Source: Lingula anatina (Eukaryota > Animalia > Brachiopoda). From it: a stretch of DNA of 64,000 nt. A program made the position numbers and the translations under genes. The stretch is from NCBI GenBank assembly GCA_051362555.1, contig CM120640.1:8742001-8806000 (forward strand), read 5' to 3'. Below are positions 12,801 through 25,100 of the stretch, piece by piece (position 1 is the stretch's first letter; each line of letters begins with the position of its first letter). The notes below the pieces were generated by a model, which saw only the letters and a list, made by a program, of their open reading frames with translations, was not told where the DNA came from and did no database searches.

Positions 12801-15800
12801 AATCTAAATGTGACCTTAAAATTGACTTTTGACCTACTTTTCACCATGAACTGAACTTTGCAAATTTTGCTTTCCTTTTATCTCCAAAACTGGCAGAGAT
12901 AGGTCCATAGTTAGTATTGAACTTGATAAGAAAGTCATATACTGGCAATCTAAATGTGACCTTGAAATTGACCTTTGACCTACTTTTCACCATGAACTGA
13001 ATTTTGCAAATTTTGCTTCCCTTTTATCTCCAAAACTGGCAGAGATAGGTCCATAGTTACTATTGAATTTGAATAGGAAGTCCTATACTGGCAATCTAAG
13101 TGTGACCTTGAAATTGACCTTTGACCTACTTTTTATCATGAAGTGAACTCTGCTAATTTCTTTCTTTTTTAACTTCAAACTTGACAGAGATAGGTCCATA
13201 GTTACTCTTGAACTTGAATAGGAAGTCATATACTGGCAATTTACTGTGACCTTGAAATTGACCCTTGACCTATCTTACGAAGAACTTAAATTTGATTGTA
13301 CCATATATATTTTTTGCAATAGTTTAAAAATTCTTGTTGATTGCATTTTTACAGCTTGTCAAGCACAAAACTGGTGGCTGTGTCCCTTATTTTGTGTATG
13401 TGGGTGTCTATACGAATGCGCTTGCTCCAGCTGGTGGTACAATATTCGGAGGCGGTATCGCCTCTCTGATCCTCTAGTTTTATCTGGCTTTCCTGAATCT
13501 TGAACTACTTTGGTACTGAGGGCTTTAATACAGTATAAAGTCACTTTTGAGTAACACAATCATGCAGAGACACTGTTCACAAACTAAACAATAAGGTCAT
13601 TAATGAGGTCAATAATTGCACTGTAGTTGCAACTTTGAGACAATGCTCCTACAAAATCAGACTCTGGATTGCTCAGCAGTGATATCTAAAAGATGTTTTA
13701 ATTCTGTAGTAAGTAGCAAAAATGGTTATAATCAATGTACTTATTTTATACCATGCAAAACCATGTTTATACTCATATCATAGCGTCTGTTATGTTGTGA
13801 TAATACCAAATAAAGATCATTGTCATTTTTCATAACATACTTGTCATGTGCAACAAAAATACCCTCCCCCCTTTTTATTTAACCTTATCAAATAACTGAA
13901 CGATAGACATGGACAATAGTGCCACTAAAAAGTCACCACCAGAAGATTCACTTTCTATCACTTATCATTATGATCATTATGATGTTAATAATAATAATAA
14001 TAATAATAATAATCAAGAATCTAACAGTAAACACTCATCTGCAAGCTTAGTTTTGTGAGCTCCTGAGACTGGTTATTTTGAATTTTGAATTCAGATAATC
14101 AGAGAAAAAATAAAGGCACAATTTTCCATTCACTGATGCAATCACATACAAATGATTATATATGTCAAGGTAACAGGTTGAACGTGTTTGTTCATACATA
14201 TGGTATTCATCTGTATAAGCAGACAACATACCACCAGGAAATTGGAATAGCAAAATACAAAACATCAATCAAAATGCATAATACTGTACTATTTTTGTGT
14301 TAGAAGTCATGTATTTTGTAGGAGAAATTAGTCATACACTGATATTTGTGATTGCTCAGCTTAGCTTAAAGTTGCTGTTACACATACAATATTCAGTTGA
14401 TAAGACATGCCATCATCCCATTTCATGCACATATATTAATTTTTGAACAAGTTCAGATAAAGAATGTAATGAAAGAAAGTTGTGACATTTTTATGTCACT
14501 AATGTGGTGACAGTAGTTTTCATGTAAGCAACTGTTACCATCATGTATTATTCACACCATCCTTTCCTGTTAAGTTTTTTTATGAAGTAATTGTCAGCTG
14601 CATTCATGCTGCTCAACTGTGCCTGCTGTTAAACCCCAGTAATCTTGTGCTTTAACACTTTAATCAATCACAGGCATTAGTGATCTAAGACTGCATTCCC
14701 ACAGATTTGAGATCAATCTATCCCCGTGGGGAGTCTCACTTGATTACTGTCAGCTTAGCCGGCTTTAATGTCTGTCCTGCCTATTAAAAGCTGTAAGGGG
14801 GTAATTAACTTTTGTGTGTGCTCGGCTGACAGCAATTTAGCATGAACCCCCAGGGAGTTGGGTCGATCCAGATGGATCAATCTAAATCTGTGGGTATGCA
14901 GTCTAAGAGCTACTGTTATATGTCCTTGGTAGGATATGGTCTCCAAGATTCCTGGCTGATACTTGTTTTAAATTTTCTGAATACAAATCTGTAATTATGC
15001 CATTTGGCTAGATGCAACCCTTCCAAATTCATCTTGCAAAACTGTTCACATTTAAAAGATAATTTTAACCAATTTAGAGTGAAAATAGTCTGACATAGTG
15101 ATAACTAGAAAAGAGACACCCTCTACCTCCAAAGATTCAAATCCACATATAAACCCTTTATTGAATAATGTTGACCATTTATGAGACCAATGGGCAACAG
15201 TGATGTCACCCAGGTCCCTTAAAATGAGTGGATATTGTATTTCTGGTTTTATTAAGAATTGATGTGAACACAGCCTAATTCTCATCTCTATAAATAAAGT
15301 ATCTGTAGCTGGAGGCTTGTGAGTTGGTTTATATTTGTATATCAGATTATCAATGAAGATCGAATTTTAAAGTGCAAACTTCCTGACAGTCTAGTGACAC
15401 TTACTGGGAGTGGGAGTGTTAAAATTGTGCTTGAGAAAGTAGGGAGTAGCCAAGCTAGCACTCAGTCAGTGTACAAATCAACTTTCTTATAAATCCCAGC
15501 TACAACATAACATGTACATTATGGTAATGACTCAATCTTTTCAATGGGGGTAAATTGTGAATTTTCAGATACTGTATTTTTTTAAGTCTTAATTTCTTAA
15601 AATAAGAGCAATCCTATTGAGTGGTGGCAACAAAATTGAGAAGCAGACTACCTGATAGTTCTATTCTATGCATTAAATTAAAGCACCACAAATATTATGC
15701 TATACAAAAATATAATTTTTATGCTTTTAAAATGATGTATCTGAAAGTTTGATAATTTTTGCCCATTGAAAAGATCGAGTCATTACTGTAGGTTAAGTTT

Positions 15801-18800
15801 GATTCATCAGTGACTACAAAGGCCACATTCACATTGAGTTGAGCCATGGCTCTACAAAGCCAAGACCTAAATATGGTGGACGTACATGAAAGGAAAACCA
15901 CCTAATCTTTTAATAGTCTCTCTGCCTCTCACACGCCTCCCCATGCGTCGTCCCTGTGGGGGTACAGTCATTAAATCTCGGCTCTACTGGGAGGACACTT
16001 GGGGAGGCATGTGAGAGGCGGAGAGACTATTAAAAGATTAGGCAGTTTTCCTTTCATGTATGTCCGCCATATTTAGGTCGTGGCTTTGTAAAGCCATCGC
16101 TCAACTCAATGTGAATGTGGCCAAAGGCTGGACTAGCCCCATGGCATACATGGTATGACAAACCGGGTGTGCAAACAAATGTATCTGAGAAACTTACAAT
16201 AGCCAAGTTAGAAAATAATCAGTATGTGGAAATATATCTTTTGTAATTGCCTCAACTCAGGGGAAGTGGTTATACATTATTTAGAGTATTGAGGCAGCAT
16301 GATTTCCTTCAGTTAATTTTTAAGGTAACCCATCAATTATGGTGCAAAATTATGTACATGTATTAGACATATCTTTATAATTAAGGTTTGCAGTGATGTT
16401 GCAATAAATTTATGCATGTGCTGAAATAATTTGACATCGAGTACATGTACATACCTTTGGTTCTTTTCTCCCATTTGTTGATATGAGCTCTATTTCTGGC
16501 ATGCTTGTGACAGAGCCTCTTTTCAGGTATTTAGGGTCCTACAATGCACAAATAAATATGCTAAGACCTACTGCCAATCTCATTCTCGTACTCTCTCTCT
16601 CTCATACATACACACACATACATGCTAATGCACACACACACACATACATGCTAATGCACGCATACACACACACACACAATGCATGGTGTGTTTAATAAGA
16701 TTTATTTTGCATGTATATTTTCCCTTCCTGAAATGAATGTTTTTCATAGATATGAAGTAAAAATACCACGGAGGAGGTAGAAAATGAGGCCAGAGGACTA
16801 AAGAGAGGTATTCAGGGCACTTTTCTTTTATCAAATATATTCTTACGAAACATTTTTCTTGGAATGCGGACAAGAACCAAAATTAATAAACTCATATATT
16901 GGCAAATGCCAATGAGAGCACCTCAATCCAATGAAAAAGATAAGTGTCCATGACCTACAGTAACATATGAACTTCTGCTGGTAAATATGTTGTTTGGTGA
17001 ATAGTGAATAAGCACTCCACACAATCTCAAGACATAATTGTTTTTTGTTTCTTCAATGTATAATAATATCTATATAAAGCACAACTATAGAGTATGCTTC
17101 AGTAGCATTTTTGTATTTATCTTTTGCAATGGCACAGTATATGTACTTCACCCTTGATGACATTATTGATTTTTTTGCAGTAGAAGTTCTTAAGAAGGCA
17201 CACGTGCCAGTTCAGTTTCCAACTAATTTGATTTTTCTTTATAGTCACTGCCCCACAGCAAATAATAATGGCTTTTAAATGCTTGTCATTTGAAGCTTTT
17301 ACACTTGCCTTATCGATGTTCAATGACTTTTCAATGTACCTCTGAAGCATGGTTGCTTAAACACCAAACCTTTACACTGTAACTATAAACTTGCATGTAT
17401 ATTTCTGCTTTTCACAGCCATTGGATTTTTTATGAAAACATGTAATTTAGTTGCTTTAATTTAAATACATATCTACATATGCTACAGCTTATATTATTTG
17501 TATTTGTACAATGCTGCTCCAACAGAGGTTTCCAACAAACTATGACAAATGGACCTGTCCAATCAAGTCACCAAAAGATCTATCTATTTTTGTCCATTTA
17601 AAAGACAGACAAGCAGTCATAATTACATAAAGCTGCTTGACCAGCTAGGGTGCTAACAAAAATCGGACTATATCATGGGGAAAATCTCTCTCTTTCTTTC
17701 TCTCTCTTTGCTTGCGTGTGTGCCTCCATGTGCCTCTGTGGCATAATGACCATATTCATGCAAATACTAGTATAAAAATAGATAAAAGCAAAAGGTGAAA
17801 TGATCACTTTCATATATTATTCTCAAAAGGCTTTTTAAGCTATTTGATAGTGTTGCTGATATATTTGATCTAATTCTGCCCTTTTGGGTGTGTATTCATG
17901 GATACTAAAAATAACAGTAAGGATTCAAATTTGACACTAGTTTTTTATGTTTTTTTTTTTTTTACCTGTTCTTCAGCCACCTCTTCCTCAATAAGGTAGA
18001 CACTACAACGCTCACATCTCAACAGTTCTTGGGCTTCTATCATGATCTTCTGTACAAGTTTTTCTAGACTTGATTGTTCTTCAAATATTCCCCGAGCCAG
18101 CTTTAACAACATCTAGAAATAAAATCATTCATAAGATGATTCAGATCTGTGTATAAGAAACTATTTCTAGCACAAAAATAAATTATTTTCATCATCTCCC
18201 ACCCAAAATAAACAAGGCAGCAAAACTGTCAAACGTACAAACAAGAAAGAAAAATAATCCAATCAAGCTGGTATGCCAATTATTCTGGTAAGTTAATTAT
18301 AAAATAATAAGTAACACAGTTTTCCTTTCACAGCATTTGTACAGGCAGTACACTAAATATTTTATCAATTTTGATGCAGGTGTTAGATAATGTTTGACAG
18401 CTTGTAAGCACCATTAATTTTAAATGATGCGCTGCAGGTAACATGGATATTTAGAGAATGTGACTTGCAAAGGTCTTCAGGCCCATGGAAATCTAAAGTC
18501 ACACCTTAAAAATGCCAACCTGTACACAAGTACTAAAATGTTTTATTTTATTTTCAACACTTATTACATAATATACAATAACCAATTTACATTCATTTGA
18601 AATGATCACTGATGTGTTAAGAGAAGAAAAATATCAATAAAAATATTTTGAGTGTCCAATTTGCTCCATCCTTAGATTCTGAACATAGTGAGGGATTTAA
18701 TCTAACAAACTGCACTGATCTGAGTTTATTTCCATTTTTGACACTATGTTATACAATACATGATAACAGATTTACCATCAATGGCCGATTTTCAAACTTG

Positions 18801-21800
18801 ACCTGCATTTTATGAATATCCATTAGTTCTGTAAGTTTGAAGACAAAAGGTGACACAGTTTTCATGTTATTTTTATATTGGCGTATAAAATATGCTGAAA
18901 AAAGCAAAAAAAAAACCATAACTTTTGGAAAAAAAGGTATAATCAGGCTGATTTTCAAACTTAACCTGTATTTTGTGAGTATCTATCAGTACTGTGAATT
19001 TGAAGACTAAAGGTTAAATGGTTTTCATGTTATTTATATAATACTAAAAGTGTATGGCTATGACGACGATGACAATGATGACGACGACAGACTCATGTAT
19101 CAGCTATATGTACAGACACATCTGTGTCAGTACATAAAAATAAGAAAAAATAGCAATGAAAATATAAAAACCTAAAGTTTAAGATTTAAAAATAAAATGG
19201 TGAATAAGACAGAGTAATAAAAGATAATTGGAATAAAATTTGAAATGATTATGCAAAACGCAATCCTCACCAGATAAACCCACAAACTCACAATTTCACA
19301 CCTAGGTGTTGAGATACTACATAGCCCTGTTTGTTTTATGGCATGTATTCATTGCCGTAAAGATTAGGGCAGGCATGGACTCTGACCTACTCCATGCGCC
19401 TAGCTGTGTGATTGGACCCAACCCACCAACTGTCTCCTCTACATCAGTGGCAGGTTGTTTAGGGGTGGGCGGGAGCAGGGTAGCAACACAAGCAACAGCT
19501 ATAGAGAAAACTTCCACAAGGGATAGATAAGTCACTTGTGTAAAGTACTATATAAGATGGGTATTGACCGTACTTCCATTACTTTTCCCTTAACGCATAA
19601 TTTCAATTTTACCTGATTCATCCATTTAAAAACTTACTAAAATGCATTTCTCATGGTGGGGGAGGGGGGGTACAAAAAACAAGAACTTGGCCTGAAAATA
19701 CTGACAGTACACAAACCATCCTTCATAAAGTCTTGATATCATCAATTCATTCTTGGAAATTAAAAACATCTAAAGTGGTATTGCATGTTAACAGCACTCT
19801 TCATCAAATAATAGCTGCCAGTATAAATGCCTGGTGCATAATCAATACACCTGACAATTGATTCAACCAGACTGCAGTTCAGTCTGCCTCACAGGACTGC
19901 TGAGACCAGAAGTAATGACAGTTTGATATGATATTACATAATTAAAAAATGCTCTTTGTCATCAGTTCAATAAAGTTTTTTAAGTAGTTGCCAATGCTAG
20001 GGAAAAACATAAAAAAAAACCAAAAATCCTTTTTATTTGGAAAACTAGCATAGCCGTTATGGAGAAGCGGAGGAGAAAACACCATTAAAAAAATAAAACA
20101 TACATTTAACTCTTGATTAAATTTCCGCTGCATGTCAATTGCATATCTTTGTTAGCAGTTTTTCGGAAAAATTGTCTGCAATGAAAAATCAAACAAAACT
20201 GACAAAAACTACATGTTGTATAATTTTAGATGTCTTTTCTAATATTTTTATGGCATACATATATAATACTTTAAAGCAAACAAGTTGTAGCCTTTTTTAC
20301 AAGTAAAACAATCCTCCACTGTGTGCAATATTTTTTATGATTAGTTGATCAAATTTTGAAAAAATCTACATTTCACAAATAAAAGATATTCAATTAAAGT
20401 CTAATTAAATGGTTTTCATGTGCACCAATCATTTTAAACCATTATTCATGTAAGTGCCACTTTATGTCTCAGCCCATCAAAATTACCTGAGATAATCTAA
20501 AACATTGCCACCGTTTGAATAACAAATAAAGAGATCACAGAACAGGAACACGGAGGTTAGCAATGTTTCAAACAGATCTGTAGACAAAACACATATTCAT
20601 AGTCCCATTACCCCCGTGAGCCTGATCAATATTTCAAACATTAGCTTTGCAACATTATGCCAGCAATGGGAATACTGTTCAGTCCTAATCAATATGCACT
20701 GCTCTTCTATTAAGATCTGCATCAGTGCAGAATTTCAAAGAAAAATAGCTTCAACTATTCTAGTCTCAACCAAACTCCACTTCAAAGTCATATTCTTTTC
20801 CAACCGTGTTATAATTATTCTGCTGCATCTTTAGGTTATTCCTGTCATCTTGCAGCAATATAGCTAATCAATGACTATTGCCTTTGTGTCAGCCGCATGA
20901 TCTCAGGTCTCTAAAGGCCAAAAATCAATGGAGAAGGACAATTTTGCATTTATGCTGTCTTGTTTGACTCAAAAGCTTGATGTACAAAAGCTTCCTGAGT
21001 ATAAAACCAAAACTTATATCACACCACTTATATAGAAACCAATTTGAAACATAACCTTTAGGATTCTTTGGTTAGCTAAGTGATATCTTTGTTAAAGTTG
21101 ACCAAAGCCAAATTATTATAGACTTAAGGACAGGAAACCAAATTTCACTGAAAATTGGCAATTGTGAATCAAATTTCTTTTTTTTCAAAGAGAAACTATA
21201 TATTATCCCTCTTCTTTACAATTTGTCTCTGGTCTCGTGAGATCTTGGTAAGATGATTCCAATCGACTGTCCATTTTATCGCATCAGCTTTGTTCTTTTG
21301 GTTCCATTAAGCAATTTTTTTACCATTCTTATGTATTGGTTATTAATCTATTTCAGCAGAAATAGCCAATTTACAATGCACTCTATGCTTATCATTCAAT
21401 ACAGGATGTATCCATCTTTGATATACCACATACAGTAAATCTGTTAATGATTAGTGATTAAATTGTTAAATAACTAATCTTATTCAGAAGAACAATATAT
21501 CACACAATAAAAGTTTTAGAGGTCAATAAAAAAAATTGAACTCTTTCAAAGTATGATCACCAACAAACCACATTTAATGGGGAAGAAGCCTGGTTATTCC
21601 TAATGTTCTCTGATAGAAAATTCCTTTCAAAGACAGGATTAAGTCATTAATCAAGAACCAGACTTAAGTGATTTGTTCAGAAAATTACATGCAATCCTTT
21701 AAGCCCGTTTGTATTTTATTCAGTTGAAATACATTTCATCTTAACCAGCAAGCCAGCATGTATTTCTTTTTTCTACAACATAAAGCTTAACTCAATATTT

Positions 21801-22058
21801 TGAGCAAAAAAGCAATACAGATAAAACTAACCAACAGAACAAACAAGCACACAGTCAAGATCAAGTCAGGGGGGTCTTTCACCCCCCCCCCCCCCTTTGA
21901 TTTCTGAAAAAAATCACACCAATGGTCCTCTCTTGAAATTAGAATTTTGACTAAATGAATCATATTTCTAAACCATACCAAATGGCTTCGCATCTGTGGA
22001 CCCCCCCTCCCCCCTTCAAATAATCCTGGATCTGTCCCTATTCACCATAAATTCTGCG

Positions 22059-22106
<48 letters not shown>

Positions 22107-25100
22107 AGATTGATCAGTGTGTTCTTTGAAATAAAGGCAATTCTAACTAATCTTCACATAGAGTAAAATGATATATCATGTCTTTTGGGAACTCAATCAG
22201 ATACCTTTTTCCTGTTCAATTCTGCATAAAAATTCACTTAACATTTCAAACACTATCTCAAATGAAGGGCATAGCCTTTATTTAAATGGGATTACCTAGA
22301 ATGGTGAACCTATCCAGAAGAACTTCAATACTGATGCATTTTTCCTTGACAGTCATTTAAAGCAAAATAGCAAGCAGACTGCTTGCCAGACCATTCAAGG
22401 CTCTGGACTTTCATAATTATCGCCATTTTTTTAATGACACCTGCATTTGAACTGACAGTTCTTGCATAAAATTCAGAACCACATGATATTGCTATTTTAA
22501 TATAGTTTCAGAACTCTTGTGCATTAAAAAGACAAGATTTATTTGTGACAATGGTTTCTATCATTGAGTTAATCTGTTCAAATGTTGGAAGTTGAATACC
22601 AGATACATATTAAGATAAGCTGTCTGATCTAAATAAGTTTTCCTTCCCTTATTTTGACAAACTCAATAAGAATTGTCTCATTTTTCAATGTGCTTGCTGA
22701 TAAAAGAAAAAAAAATCAATTATCTCAGAAGTACGATAGGAGTATGACATATCGAGTGATAAAATCAATGAAGGGAAAACTAGTAATTTATAAAAGATAT
22801 GAGTTCCAGGCAATGTTCATGCTTAATGGTGAAAGGCTGATGAAAAGTATAGGGCAGCAACATGCTACAAGGGTGTAATTCCACACATGGTTTAATAATT
22901 TAGTGTGTAAAAAGATGCATGGAATCTAGGACCCCATTCCCAGAGATTAGATCCATCCAAACTAGATCGACCTAACTCCCTGGGGGTTCACGCTAAATAG
23001 CTGTCAGCCGAGCAGGCACGAAAGTTAATTACCCCCTTTCAGCTTTTAGTAGGTGGGACGGACATTTAAGCCGGATTATCTGACAGTAATCTAGTGAGAC
23101 TCCCCACGGGGATAGATTGATCTAAATGTCTGGGAATACGCCCTTGGTTTAGCTGCATCTTAAAAGACAGGCCATTGTTATGGGGATACTTATCTTAAGC
23201 TTATCAATATTGCTTGAAAAAATGCTTCTATCAAAATTCTACCCTTAATTCCATATTGCTGACTAAATACTCAAAACAATTAATACATTTTCATTTTAAA
23301 AATAATGCTTAATCATTTTTTGAATATTGCCTCTTGTTTCTGACCATTTACACATTACTGATAAAATTAGTTATTTATCACTAAAAAACCAATAGAGAAA
23401 CCACACCTACCTGATTTCTCTTGTATTCTTCAACTGACAGCTCAAAAAGCTGAGCATTTGTTATCCCAATTCCACAGAATGTAAGGTAATTTTTGAACAC
23501 CTGTCAAAATAAAGATAACTATTCATGGTCATTTACACTAAAAAAAAGAGAACATTACTCCTTTTCTAAATCAGATAATCATGAAACTAAGGCTCCATTC
23601 AGAATAGGGGACTAACTAGTCCGAGGGTTAATCAGTGGCCGACCCACTTGAATACTTCCCCACAGGATATCTATTCAGTCTCTAGCTTTGTAACTTACTA
23701 GTGGGTCACCATATTTGACCCTCGGACTAGTTGGTCCGTTATTCTGAATGGGGCCTTAGTAATATTAATACTAATGTAGGTACCCTTGATAAATAGACAC
23801 TTTGCCTAAATGTTGTCAGCTTTAAGTTTCAAGGATAGTATAAGAGTGCATTCCCAGAGATTTAGATCGATCCATCCAGGTCGAACTTACTCCCTGGGGG
23901 TTCACGCTAAATTGCTGTCAGTCGAGCGCGCACCATAGTTACTTACCCTCTTACAATTTTTAGTAGGTGGGACAGACATTTAAGCCAGCTAAGCTGACAG
24001 TAATCTAGTGAGACTCCCCACAGGGATAGATTGATCTAAAACTCTGGGAATGCACTCTTAATCATTTGGATTACCATCTTTATTACCTGGTCAATTATAA
24101 TTCATAAACATAAATTGTAAAATCGTATTTGAGTTTAGCCAAAATACATGCAGCCTCAAGAAGGCAAAATGTTAATCAACCTTTCTATTGCTTGTCATTG
24201 ATGGAATTTCATACTAATGGGGGTGGAGGAGATATAAATGTCCTGCTACCCTTCCCCCTCTATTCCAAATAATTCTATTGCTCACTTAAGGTGTTCTCTG
24301 ATTCACAGTGCACCAAATATTTATGTAATTATACTACTTACATTCTTTTATAAAACAGGTTTATCAAAGTAATAAATGAAAAATATACTTAAGAAGGGAG
24401 GTAAATGCACAACAGACAACAGAAAACAGAAAACAGGGAACAGAATGGCCTGGTTAACTATCCGGCAATCAGCAGGGAACTAATAATTCATAGAAACCCT
24501 GTTTTCTTGCCTTAGAATTTTCCACTGCTTCTCCCCAATCAAAGATAAGACTGTAAAGTACTTACATGTATGTACTGTCAGAATTAACACATTGATTTTG
24601 TTTGTTGTTGGCAACGGCTCTGTCCATCTGACAAAGTTACCAACACAGTACTGAATGTAATATCCAGTTTCAGGCATAAATGGGCTGAGTGTGTCTACAG
24701 ATGGAAAACACAACTCTACTGAATAAATTTTGAAAAAAAAAAATCTACTCACTTCAAACATGGTATATGTTTAAATACATCTGTATCATAAAAAATATAA
24801 AAGACAATTACGTGTTTAACAGCATTGCAATCATTGTTACTGGAACTGCTGCCATGTTTTTACTTTCTACTGAGAACAATGGTGGGCATGCTAAACGGGA
24901 AGTATAACAGCTGAAAGGCTACTGTATATCAGTGTGCCAATGTGCTGCCAGTATCAGTGTGAATGCAAAGAAAGTGAATTTCTATTGGGGATAACTGGAA
25001 CGCAGTTTACTTGCTAGTGTGAATGGCCCTAGTGATTGCTAAAAAGTTTTTGAAGAGCAAAATGTTGTCTCAATACTTTGTATGATCTAAAATGGAGTTA

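Noticed and set aside
12151-13272. CRISPR-like regular array
   Set aside because: Units are near-identical along their whole length with no unique spacers, there are no cas genes, and the context is a eukaryotic intron.
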